Shown in pieces: positions 12,208 through 29,300 of a stretch of DNA of 64,000 bases. A program made the position numbers and the translations under genes. Source of the stretch: Eledone cirrhosa (lineage: Eukaryota); NCBI GenBank assembly GCA_964016885.1, contig OZ024742.1, positions 350,796,001-350,860,000 of the forward strand, written 5' to 3'. The stretch's first letter is position 1; each line of letters opens with the position of its first letter. The notes beneath the pieces were generated by a model. That model had not been told where the DNA came from and made no database searches. It saw nothing but the letters and a program-made list of their open reading frames with translations.

Positions 12208-15200
12208 TATAATAACTATTCCCCACATGAAACCCTGGTAGGTAGACTATATATAGTAACTCTCCCCCAAATGAAACCATGGTAGGGAACCTATATATAA
12301 TAACTCTCCCCCAAATGAAACCATGGTAGGGAAATTATATATAATAACTCTCCCCCACATGAAACCATGGTAGGAGGACTATATGTAATAACTCTCCCCC
12401 AAATGAAACTATGGTAGGGAAACTATATATAATAACTCTCCCCCAAATGAAACCATGGTAGGGAAACTATATATAATAACTCTCCTCCACATGAAACCAT
12501 GGTAGGAAGACTATATATAATAACTCTCCCCCAAATGAAACTATGGTAGGGAGACTATATATAATTACTCTTCCTCACATGAAACCATGGTAGGGAGACT
12601 ATATATAATAACTCTTCCTCACATGAACCCATGGTAGGTAGACTATATATAATAACTCTTCCCCACATGGAACCATGGTAGGGAGATTATATATAATAAC
12701 TCACCCCCACATGAAACCATGGTAGGGAAATTATGTATAATAATTCTTTCCCACATGAAACCCTGGTAGGGAGACTATATATAATAACTCTTCCCCACAA
12801 AAAACCATGGTATGGAGACTATATATAATAACTGTTCCCCACATAAAACTATGGTAGGGAAACTATATATATTAACTCTCCCCCACATGAAACCATGGTA
12901 GGGAGACTATATATAATAATTCTTTCCCACATGAAACTATGGTAGGGAGACTGTATATAATAATTCTTCCCCACACGAAACCATGGTAGGGAGACTATAT
13001 ATAATAACTCTTCCCCACATGAAATTATGGTAGGGAAACTATATATAATAACTCTTCCCCACATGAAATAATTGTAGGGAGATTATATATAATTACTCTT
13101 CCCCACATGAAACCATGGTAGGGAGACTCTATACAATAACTCTTCTCCACATGAAAACATGGTAGGGAGAACACATATAATAACTCTCCCCCAAATGAAA
13201 CTATGGTAGGGAGACTATATATAATAACTCTCCCCCACATGAAACCATGGTATGGAGACTATATATAATAACTGTTCCCCACATAAAACTATGGTAGGGA
13301 AACTATATATATTAACTCTCCCCCACATGAAACCATGGTAGGGAGACTATATATAATAATTCTTTCCCACATGAAACTATGGTAGGGAGACTGTATATAA
13401 TAATTCTTCCCCACACGAAACCATGGTAGGGAGACTATATATAATAACTCTTCCCCACATGAAATTATGGTAGGGAAACTATATATAATAACTCTTCCCC
13501 ACATGAAATAATTGTAGGGAGATTATATATAATTACTCTTCCCCACATGAAACCATGGTAGGGAGACTCTATACAATAACTCTTCTCCACATGAAAACAT
13601 GGTAGGGAGAACACATATAATAACTCTTCCCCACATGAAACTATGGTAGGGAAACTATATATAATAACTCTTCTCCACATGAACCCATAGTAGGGAAACT
13701 ATATATAATAACTCTTCCCCATATGAATCCATGGTAGGAAAACTATATATAATAACTCTTCCCCATATGAATCCATGGTAGGAAAACTATGTATAATAAC
13801 TCTTCCCCACATGAAACCATTGTAGGGAAACTATATATAATAACTCTTCCCCACATAAAACCATGGTAGCGAAACTATGTATAATAATTCTTCCCCACAT
13901 GAAACCATGGTAGGGAGACTATATATAATAACCCTTCCCCACATGAAACTACGGTAGGGAATCTATATATAATAACTCTTCCCCACATGATACCATGGTA
14001 GGGAAACTATGTATAATAATTCTTCCGCACATGAAACCATGGCATGGAGACTATATATAATAACTCTTCCCCACATTAAACCATGATAGGGAAACTATGT
14101 ATAATAATTCTTCCCCACATGAAACCATGGTAGGGAAACTATATATAATAACCCTTCCCCACATGAAACTATGGTAGGGAAACTATATATCATAACTCTT
14201 CCCCACATGATACCATGGTAGGGAAACTATGTATAATCATTCTTCCGCACATGAAACCATGGTATGGAGACTATATATAATAACTCTTCCCCACATGAAA
14301 CTATTGTAGGGAGACTATTCATAATAAATTTTCCCCACATGAAACCATGGTAGGGAAAATATATATAATAACTCTTCCCCTCATGAAACCATGTTAGGGA
14401 AACTATGTATAATAATTCTTCCCCACATGAAACCATAGTAGGGAGACTATATATAATAACTCTTCCCCACATGAAACCATGGTAGGGAGAATATATAAAA
14501 TAACTCTTCCCCACTTTAAACCATGGTAGGAAGACTATATGTAATAACTGTTCCCCACAGGAAACCATAGTAGGGAGACTATATATAATAACTCTTCCCC
14601 ATATGAAACCATGGTAGGGAGACTAAATATTATAACTGTTCCCCACATGAAACTATGGTAGGGAAACTATATATAATAACTCTCCCCCAAATGAAACCAT
14701 GGTAGGGAGTATATAAAATAACTGTTCCCCGCATGAAACCATGGTATGGAGACTACATATATTACTGTTCCCCACATGAAAGTATTGTAGGGAGACTATA
14801 TATAATTACTCTACCCCACATGAAACCATGGTAGGGAGACTATATATAATAACAGTTCCCCGCATGAAATTATGGTAGGGAAATTATATATAATAACTGT
14901 TCCCCACATGAAACCATGGTAGGGAGACTGTATATAATAACTGTTCCCCACATGAACCCATGGTATGGAGACTATATATAATAACTGTTTCCCACATGAA
15001 AGTATTGTAGGGAGACTATATATAATTACTCTTCCCCACATGAAACCATGGTAGGGAAACTATATATAATAACTCTTCCCCACATGAAACTATGGTAGGG
15101 AAACTATATATAATAACTCTTCCCCACATGAAAGCATGGTAGGAAAACTATATATAATAACTCTTCCCCATATGAATCCATGGTAGGAAAACTATGTATA

Positions 15201-16560
15201 ATAACTCTTCCCCACATGAAACCATTGTAGGGAAACTATATATAATAACTCTTCCCCACATAAAACCATGGTAGGGAAACTATGTATAATAATTCTTCCC
15301 CACATGAAACCATGGTAGGAAGACTATATATAATAACCCTTCCCCACATGAAACTACGGTAGGGAATCTATATATAATAACTCTTCCCCACATGATACCA
15401 TTGTAGGGAAACTATGTATAATAATTCTTCCGCACATGAAACCATGGTATGGAGACTATATATAATAACTCTTCCCCACATGAAACAATGATAGGGAAAC
15501 TATGTATAATAATTCTTCCCCACATGAAACCATGGTAGGGAAACTATATATAATAACCCTTCCCCACATGAAACTATGGTAGGGAAACTATATATAATAA
15601 CTCTTCCCCACATGATACCATGGTAGGGAAACTATGTATAATAATTCTTCCGCACATGAAACCATGGTATGGAGACTATATATAATAACTCTTCCCCACA
15701 TGAAACTATTGTAGGGAGACTATTCATAATAAATTTTCCCCACATGAAACTATGGTAGGGAAATATATATAATAACCCTTCCCCACATGAAACTATGGCA
15801 GGGAAACTATATATAATAACTCTTCCCCACATGATACCATGGTAGGGAAACTATGTATAATAATTCTTCCCCACATGAAACCATAGTAGGGAGACTATAT
15901 ATAATAACTCTTCCCCACATGAAACCATGGTAGGGAGAATATATAAAATAACTCTTCCCCACTTTAAACCATGGTAGGAAGACTATATGTAATAACTGTT
16001 CCCCACAGGAAACCATAGTAGGAAGACTATATATAATAACTCTTCCCCATATGAAACCATGGTAGGGAGACTAAATATTATAACTGTTCCCCACATGAAA
16101 CTATGGTAGGGAAACTATATATAATAACTCTCCCCCAAATGAAACAATGGTAGGGAGTATATATAAAATAACTGTTCCCCGCATGAAACCATGGTATGGA
16201 GACTACATATATTACTGTTCCCCACATGAAAGTATTGTAGGGAGACTATATATAATTAATCTACCCCACATGAAACTATGGTAGGGAGACTATATATAAT
16301 CACAGTTCCCCGCATGAAATTATGGTAGGGAAACTATATATAATAACTGTTCCCCACATGAAACCATGGTAGGGAGACTGTATATAATAACTGTTCCCCA
16401 CATGAACCCATGGTATGGAGACTATATATAATAACTGTTTCCCACATGAAAGTATTGTAGGGAGACTATATATAATTACTCTTCCCCACATGAAACCATG
16501 GTAGGGAAACTATATATAATAACTGTTCCCCACATGAAACCATGGTACGGAGACTGTATA
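12208..16560. repeat. 44-bp minisatellite, ~99 units (tatatataataactcttccccacatgaaaccatggtagggagac)
   Basis: Continuous head-to-tail units with point variants and no unique spacers; identical variant series recur at a 440-bp offset and at a ~1410-1450-bp offset. Confidence 0.98.
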
Positions 16561-16661
16561 TGAGCGAGGTTAGAAACATATTTCGTCTATCTTGTTTATA
16601 CCCACAGAATTAGAACTTGTTCGTATTTAACTTTAATATATAATATACATATAAATAAATG

Positions 16662-17022
<361 letters not shown>

Positions 17023-18046
17023 ATCTAGTATATATTTTCAGTTCTTTTGTGTAACTCACACACATTATTATTGTTTTGAATGACTATACCAGAATAACCC
17101 TTAAAATTAGAATAAGAATAAACAGGCTTTTTCCTCTGCTAGAGGGGAAATAATAATTCTCTTCAGATATTGTCTGCTATACATGTGTACTTATTTTTTC
17201 AATATTTACTATGTAGCAAAGTGTGTACGTTTTGACGGAGAAAGACTGCGTATTTGTAAGAATACAAATACTCTTTCTTTTCGATCTGAAGTTGTGAGAA
17301 TCAACATCTGTTTGTATTCAAAATCTTCATGAAGTATATCCGATTCTTTTATATTTTCCATCGTCAACAAAATTTGATAAAGATTCAAAATGTTGGGTAT
17401 ACACACCCGCAAATATATACAAAATATAAAACACACAAACATCCCGTTCCCAACAAATATATATGTGCTGCGGTGGCGTTGGGGTTAATCATTTTCCTCT
17501 GCAAGCTTGTGGATTCCAGTTGAGTTCTACCTCGAAGTATATTTCTCAGGTTATGGGTTGAACAATGCCCTATTACGTAAAAGTGTCCGCTATCCTATGG
17601 TGTATATTTAAATGTAATCACAGGCATCAAATCAATATTAAGTGAATTGTTGACACTACATTTAAATGGCAAAGATCTACGAGACTTAATGAGGTTATCA
17701 GAGCGACATCTTGACATAAATGTCTCCCATGACTCACTCAACATTCAACGGTCATTTTCCAAAGCTACCACTAATTTTAAAAAGCAAATAGATACCGTAC
17801 ACGTGGATAGACCTTGAAACTGATGCTAATGCATATGTAAGTCAAAATCCTAATACAAATAATCTCAATCTCCACGCTGTGCGTTGATCGTTTTTTTTTG
17901 GTTGTACCTACAGTTATATATATTTACAAATCTATCAACCTATCTATCCCCTCTCCCTTTCTCTCGCTCTCTCTCTATCTATCTATTTATCCTACTATCT
18001 AAATACACAGAGTGGGAAATAGAGTGAGAGATAGATAGGTAGATAG

Positions 18047-18111
<65 letters not shown>

Positions 18112-18904
18112 CGAGTGTGTGTTTGTACGTATGTAAAGTATATACATATACATACTTATATACCGGGTGTACCAAATACACTGACATCATTGTCTGTGTT
18201 GTTGCATATTCAAACATACAAAAAGCATCTTCGTTTCTAACGAATACCATTGTTTTACCTACAGGTAATTAGGAAGGTCAAAAGAAGACAAAATATGCAT
18301 TAGCATCTTCTTACCTGTTGCCATCATTTTAATAGAAAATTACATATGTATTTTCCAAACCTAGATAATATGTGATCTGCGGTGCCTTAGATAGCTGACA
18401 CGTCTTAAAAGTTAAAGCAAGTTGGATTCTTGAAGGTCATCTAAGCTATGAGCAAATAAATATGATTTCCAATCCACAACCAACTATTACAATAAATGGC
18501 GAGAATTGTGCAGAAACAAAGACAAAGACATAAACACGCGTACACACATAAACACACATACCCCCCCCCCCCCCCCCCACACACACGCATACATACACAC
18601 ACACACACATACATATATATATACGTCTATTTTTGTTTTCAGTGAGACTTCAGTGTAAATGTTTGAATATTTATATTTGTTAAATTCAGTAGCTAAAATT
18701 TACACGGAAAGCTGAGACTAGACGGCAGCTCAGCAGTTTCTCCTTGCAGTCAATTCTCCTCAATTACAAACCTGACATCCTAACGAAAAAATACATTCAA
18801 ATAAATTTAAATGCATGGCCGTTTTCCAAGTTTGGAAAGAATATTTCATATATTGATATAGCAGAGCAAGATAGTGTTTAAGTGGTATCAATACGAAATG
18901 CAAT

Positions 18905-19055
18905 TTTACATACGTACACTCGTTGTCGAGTGTGGCCATTGCATGATAAAAAACAAACACATATATATATATTAATAACCAACGGTGCTGCGATCGAATG
19001 TGGCTTTTTAGCCCAGCCAATGATCTAAAACGTCTTGCACAGAGTTGGCAACATA
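18905..19055 (-). mobile_element. 3' terminal fragment of an RTE-type LINE
   Basis: CQLCARRFRSLAGLKSHIRSQH (C2H2-like) followed by 3' hairpin actcgacaacgagt; parallels 32820-32950. Confidence 0.6.
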
Positions 19056-19069
19056 TATACATACATACA

Positions 19070-22230
<3,161 letters not shown>

Positions 22231-22739
22231 TATATATATATGTATGTATATGTGTACAAAAGAAGCTATGCATTGGTCACTATAGAAGACAGGAGAGTTA
22301 GTTTTCCATGACTTAGATTCATAGAGTATCAAAGGAGAAACAGAGGCAAGTGAATGGTCACAGAAGTAAGTAAATGAAACATGCACTATGCAACATAGGA
22401 GGCAGTTAAGGCAAATTAATTTTACAGGACTTAGAATCATAGGTTGTATCTGCCCTAACTATGGGTTCATAGGGTAAATCACAGGGCCCACCAACGTCGC
22501 AATAGTCAATATTAGAATGTTTATCAGATAAGTTTCATTTCACCACGAATAAGGCGTGTCCCAAGTTACCGTAAGGGGAAGGATTCTAGCCCAGCAGGAT
22601 CACGTCCTCCCACTCGGTGGGCAAGTTCGATATGTCATGGTAGTACAGCAATGCATACCTTCTTTTGTTGCTTCTGTGTGCCTTCACATGCCTCAGTTTC
22701 TTGTGAGAAAATCTACTTGTATTCTCATATTTTGCTATA

Positions 22740-22960
22740 ATGTTGACTAACAACCCCATTACGCATTCTCCTCATCCTTCTGATCTCCAATCTCCCTCTA
22801 ATTATCCTGTACTGTATCTCTACCTTTCTGGTGACTAAGCTTGGTAGAGCTTATATTCAATACTATATTTTAGTTTATAAATATCTGATGATTCCTGCCC
22901 CACGGTATGGATGAAACATTGTCAGCGAATAAAAATTGTTTGAGTATATAGGCGTTCTTT
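22740..22960 (+). mobile_element. PLE pseudo-LTR fragment with degenerate hammerhead
   Basis: CTGATGA ttcc..ggat GAAAC att GTC at ~22884-22923, then AATAAA; stem I poor. Confidence 0.5.
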
Positions 22961-22994
22961 GATTTCTTTTATCTCTATCTCTCTATATATATAT

Positions 22995-23860
22995 GTATAT
23001 AGTAACATAGACAACATAGAAATTAGAATAATATCTAAACATGGAAATGACCCAGCAGATAGGCAAATCAGAGCGGCCAGCGAAATAGAACTTAGAAGGC
23101 CAGAAAAAATGAATGGAATAATAACAACACCCAAACAAACAATACTGACCTAAGAGAAGTATAAATAAATAAATAAATACATACACAAGCACAATAACAA
23201 CAAACACATATAAACACACAGTAGTAAACTAAGATAGAATACAATAACCAATACACAGTCACCCAAACACGAACACACACCAAACACTATACACACACAC
23301 AAACTCATGCGCAGAGATACAATAAATAAATAAATAAATAAATATATAAATAAACAGACTAAATAAAGATGGCGTCGGCATACAATACAACGGGAAAACA
23401 TAATAGCACTACTGACGATCCTGCAGATGTGCAACGAAAGAACTTTGTTAGACTATATATATGTGTTTGTCTCTATATTGTACCTGTATTTTTGACCGTT
23501 GGTCAGTGAATGGTAACATTGAGGACCGAATAAATATAAATTAATTGTTTCTACATTTGGCACAAGGCCAGCAATTACCCAGTGTATTACTGGTACTTTA
23601 TTTTATCGACCCCGAAAGGATGAAAGGCAAAGTTAACCTCGGCGTGATTTGAACTCAGAATGGCAAGGACCGTAACTCTATGCGTCAAAGCATGGCGTCC
23701 AACCCTCTACCGATACTGCCAATCCTCCGCCCGAATAAATATAAATTAATGCCGATATAAAATACACAGGAGCAAAAACCAACAAAACAGTGGGTGTGTT
23801 CTATTATTAATTCTGGCAATATTATTAAACAAATATTACCCTCCCCAAGTATAACGATAT
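22995..23860 (+). mobile_element. PLE 3' fragment (GIY-YIG C-terminus plus pLTR), related to the 31-32 kb family, with an inserted SINE
   Basis: NIEIRIISKHGNDPADRQIRAASEI parallels NIEIKIESTHRKDAMFRQITEAINI; CTGACGA..CGAAAGAACTTT at ~23412; shared terminal ccctccc(c/a)aagtataac. Confidence 0.7.
23546..23730 (-). mobile_element. Full-length family A SINE with exact target-site duplication
   Basis: ccgaataaatataaattaat at both 23526-23545 and 23731-23750. Confidence 0.95.
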
Positions 23861-23895
23861 ATATGTATGTATATATATATACATATATATATATG

Positions 23896-24058
<163 letters not shown>

Positions 24059-24284
24059 GAGTTTATGTTGGTTGTATACCAATACCTCAGTATGCAGCTG
24101 GAGCACTCGACGAAGTGCGCAGGTTGGTTTGGTTACTCCGGAGTAGTGTAAAATAAAGTTAAATAAAAGTGAAATGATTAAAATTTAGCTTCGTTTATTA
24201 ATGCTCTATATATTTCAGTGACATCCATCTGTGACAGCCATATATATATATATATATGTGTGTGTGTATGTATATATATATATG

Positions 24285-24384
<100 letters not shown>

Positions 24385-24423
24385 ATATAATATATATATA
24401 TACATATATATGTATATATATGA

Positions 24424-24568
<145 letters not shown>

Positions 24569-24827
24569 ATAGGATATGTGTTCCTACACGCACAAAGCGT
24601 TAAGGGACACATGTATTGTCCAACCATATGCCAATGTGGTTCAATGGCAGGTTAATAAATTAACGAGCCAGAACATATATAAACAGGTTTAGCAAATAAT
24701 GAAAAAGTTTCAAAGTAAATTTTAAAAAATTGACTTTACTTACTATAGTTACCTTTACCGAATCGGTTTCGAATCTTAAAAATAAACGGAGACCATATGG
24801 CCTTACATATATACATATATATATATG

Positions 24828-24879
<52 letters not shown>

Positions 24880-24962
24880 GTTAATTATTTTCCATTTTGA
24901 CTTATATATTATGAAATGCTGTTGGCTTCTTGCTCACATTAATTTCTCTATTTACATTTATA

Positions 24963-25021
<59 letters not shown>

Positions 25022-25023
<2 letters not shown>

Positions 25024-25358
25024 TCATCATCATTTTACGTCCACTTTTCCCTGCTTGCAAGGGTGGGACAGGAACCGATTCTGGCTTTATTTCTACAGCT
25101 GGATGCCCTTCCTAACACCAACCTCATTTACAGTGAGTGCTGGGTGCTTTTTTGCCGTGGCACCTCCACGACCACTTTGCAGTGGAATGATAGGGACCCC
25201 AGTCCCTATCATCTCATTTCTACAGCTGAGTAAACTGGAGCAATGTGAAATAAAGTGTCTTGCTCAAGGAAACAACACATCACCCGGTCTGAGAATTGAA
25301 CTCACAACCTTTCGATTGCAAGGCCAATGCTCTAACCACTAAGCCATGTGCCTCCATA
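25022..25358 (-). mobile_element. Full-length family B SINE: tRNA head, CORE-like domain, V-like domain, (ATG)n tail
   Basis: A/B-box-like head 25290-25358; CCTTGAGCAAGACAC; AGGAAGGGCATCCAGCTGTAGAAA; (cat)n on plus at 25022. Confidence 0.8.
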
Positions 25359-26099
25359 TATATATATAAATTTATATATAAATAGATACGCAATTACATA
25401 AATAACAATACATAAGTATATATACATATACACATATACATATGTATATATATATACAATATATATATACATATATATACATACCTATGTATATATATAA
25501 ACACGCAAGTAAATATGTATATGTATGTATACATATGCTACTATATTTCATGTTTTCCGTCTCATTACATCTTCAACGATAATAATCACAATATTTATAT
25601 TTTAGAAGGTTTAAAATCAAAATATATAGTCTGATTGAGATTAACAATTGCAAGAAGGAGAAATCAAACAAAACATACTATTGTGGAACAAATTCTAAAT
25701 TTAATTCAACAAGTAAAAAGATTATATATTCATGAGTTATATAAAATTTCAATATGATATATTATTTAGTAAGTAGAACTTAATATTCAAATAGACATTT
25801 GAGAATATTCAATTATTGTATTAGGTGTGAACGCTGATATTAATATATATTCGAATAAAGGCGAAAATTGCATTGACGTCATAAATTGCTAATTCTAAAT
25901 ATAACCATATTGCGGATAACAATTGTTGATAAAATAAGATTCTACTAGGAATACAATTTTGTTTCTCAGAATTTATGTAATTGCTGTGGCATTGTAGATT
26001 TGAATATTTCGGGAGGAAATATGTCACGTGTACACACATGGAACCCTCACACACACATATCTATTATATGTAAGAGATGTCAACATGAATGACCCTGAT

Positions 26100-26298
26100 A
26101 TTTTTATCTAAAGACATATTTTCAAATTCCAACCCACCCGTCCCATCAATCTATTGTATTTCTCATTCTTTCTTCTAATGAAGGACTAGCGTCCTAAACG
26201 TTAAGACCCTCTTCCTGGTATATCAAGCCTTAACCTAATATATACCTTCCATATACTGTACCGATTGTGTTGTTGTTTCGGTTTACCTTTTACATACA
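26100..26298 (+). mobile_element. PLE pLTR fragment with mutated minimal hammerhead
   Basis: tctt CTAATGA aggac tagc gtcc TAAAC gtt aaga at ~26171-26206; a related copy lies on minus at ~27135-27165. Confidence 0.55.
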
Positions 26299-26421
<123 letters not shown>

Positions 26422-26553
26422 GAATGTATATATATATATTATATTTGGCAATATACCGTATGTTTAATTTAAAACATTTTGAAGACCTTACGCTATCAAC
26501 TTTAAAGTAGTGACTATAACAATTACATCTTTTCGGCGGAAGAAGGGAGAGAA

Positions 26554-26593
26554 GCTAACAGTCTGTTTCACGCTGGTTGAGTTTCATCACAGC
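26554..26593 (-). ncRNA. Degenerate minimal type I hammerhead motif
   Basis: gct GTGATGA aactc aacca gcgt GAAACAG a CTGTT agc; one core mismatch. Confidence 0.5.
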
Positions 26594-26733
26594 AACGCAC
26601 CCCCTACTTCCGCCGAAAATTATAGAAGCTGGATTCTTATAGAATTCCAATAATAATCAGGAGCTGATTATACAGACCAATTGCTGGTCCAGCAAAAATT
26701 AGGTATTAGGATTGGTGCTCTGAAATGACGATG

Positions 26734-26842
<109 letters not shown>

Positions 26843-27464
26843 ATATATATATATATATGTGTATATATATATATATATATATAGCCCTACTATGTGAGCT
26901 GACCCTCACCATTTTCACGACCACTTTAAAACTTGTGTTCTGTGCAATCTGAATCATCTTCAGTAAAAATGTAGGATGGAATTTATAATTATATTTTTCA
27001 AATTTTCACTTTTGTAATATCACAATGACAACAAGAATAAAGTGAAAAACTTTGCCAGAAGAACGAAACAAAATGTAAAGCATTGAAGGCAAGAAATGTA
27101 TTAGATTAACGCTTGCAATAGCAGGAAATGAGTCTTAGCGTCTCGGATACTAGTCCTTCATCACAAAACAGAGTTAGAAATAAAAGACAAAATAGAAATA
27201 TAAAGTGGGCGAAGATGAAGGAAGGGGGTAAAAACGAACATTTCAGCAACGTCAGTCTGTATAGTAAAAATACATGAGAACTGCTTGCCATATGACACTT
27301 TACAATGGTCACAATGAGTGATTCAATACTTTCACAGTATTTCCTTGCAATAGAAAAGGAGGATTCCTGATGGGAATCTGAGAATGACGACAATCCAAAA
27401 GTTTTATATAAGAGAACTAAAGTACAAGAACTGTTACATTCAGATAAAATCTGCAGGAATTATA

Positions 27465-27507
<43 letters not shown>

Positions 27508-27899
27508 CAAAGGAAGTGTGGGAAGGAACCAGGTAGATCATAACGCACCAGAATATTCAATACATAGGGTAGTAGAGTGGGTAATAAGAAAAATGTTCAA
27601 GACCCCGACGGCAGATGTCAAGCCGTTTCGACGGCTATCATAGTTACTGGTTTCTGAGAACAATTTTGTTAAGCTGGTGTCGGAAAAACTTCGATCTAAT
27701 CTTTCACTATTGAGAATATATGTTATATATAGGCAAGTTTACATTAATTCTCTTTTGCGTTCTGTCTATAATGTGATGGTTAATTTAAATTACTCATCTC
27801 CTGAAATACACCATGTTTATAATGTCCTACCATTGTAGAAACGTGCGTGTTTCACATGGAAATTCTTATGATCTGTTTTGTATAGTTTGATGTTGAAAA

Positions 27900-29300
27900 G
27901 CATCCGTCCTCCGGAGATTTTTGCCTCTAAATATAGTAATAACATAATGGACAATAAAATTCAAAGTGAATTAGATGTAGTACCAGCAACGGAAAATTGA
28001 TGCAAGTCATCAGGTGCATTGGTCTAGTCTGTGGGACTATAAATGTTGAGCATAGATTAAATGTGATCAGTTGTTAACCCATAACCCCAGAATACTGAAG
28101 ATCTTTCCTCGTGGCATCTTTGCTGATATTGCCATATATATTTCCAATTTCCGACAAATTGTAGAAAATGACTGTAGAAAATGATTTTCTGTATAGGCTG
28201 TTAGGTAATATATTTAAATTGCTATGAATGATATATTAATAGCAAATAAACATTGCTCCCATGTTATAAGATGACGATAATTAGAAGACTATCTTCTTAA
28301 TACAGATAAGAAATGTTACTGCCAAGTTTATCACCTAAACATGTCCAATTATATTGCTATAAAAGAGTTAATTGGGTGCAGAAAACTATACCCAAGTATT
28401 TAGATCTAATATTTGCCTCGTTTTAAAAAATATGTATAAAAAAATGATTTTGCATTCCAAAGTGATATTCATATCAAAGCATAATTCAGCTTTTTCTTCT
28501 TCAAAGAACTGATAATCCACTTTTGAAAAGTCGGAAATGCAAAAGCTTTACTTACCGAATCGGAATAAAATATTTCATTTATGCATCCAATTTTTATTTA
28601 TGATGTGACTAAAACATAAAACCTGTTTGATCTTTTAATCGAAGTTTGCTATTCAGAAGATGAGCATTGTTATATATATTCAAAAACTTCCCATCTTTAT
28701 TAGGAAATTTAATGTAAGCATCTTCATAGATGCAGCTATTTTCCTCCCTGTAGCTTAGTTTGGAAAAACGTTAAATTATAAATTTCTACCGAATATTTTT
28801 TCAAATCAAATTATATAGAATTTCTCAGGAATTCATAACATTGCTTGGACTAGATAATATGATGATTAAATTGAATCTGATTAATGAACAGTTATTTTAT
28901 TTTTTCCATATTTTTTTCTCTTCATCTTGAATTATTTTTTATGTAGATGTAATGTGCTTTTACTTTAAAAGAGTATATCTTTCAACTCATATGCACCACT
29001 TGAGGCAATTCAAAACAATTGAATAAACGTGAAAGAACTAAGAGTTTTAGTGGACTAAAATAAAGATGGAATAATTTAATAAATAAATCATGAGGAAGTG
29101 TTTGATATTTTGTCAGATATTGGCAGCTTTATAAACAATGGACAATATTTGTTTCATGAGTCATTTTAAAGTGTATTTCCCTTGTTACATACAAAGGGGA
29201 GTTTGGGAAGGAATCTAATTGAAAGTGGAAAGTAATGTGATTGACCAATTTTTAACGATGAATAATATCCAGTTTTCAAAATGTTGTTGTTACAACTCAG
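27900..29300 (-). pseudogene. Heavily eroded LINE RT remnant
   Basis: Minus strand SKYLGIVFCTQLT (~28370-28405) and RSHLIYAQHL (~28035-28068) resemble KYLGxxFDxxL and RSxLxYA; no open frame. Confidence 0.4.

Noticed and set aside
12849-16491. Repeated ORFs such as MWGRVIIYS..
   Set aside because: Translations of a 44-bp unit (not a multiple of 3) with frequent stops
12208-16560. CRISPR-like array of palindromic repeats
   Set aside because: No unique spacers, no cas genes, eukaryotic context; it is a head-to-tail minisatellite
17680-17890. hAT transposase dimerisation remnant (QRSFSK-like)
   Set aside because: Only one short degenerate motif, with no frame or TIR support
18960-19062. Host C2H2 zinc-finger gene
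   Set aside because: Single finger followed by an RTE-type 3' hairpin, with a parallel at 32820-32950; better explained as a LINE C-terminus
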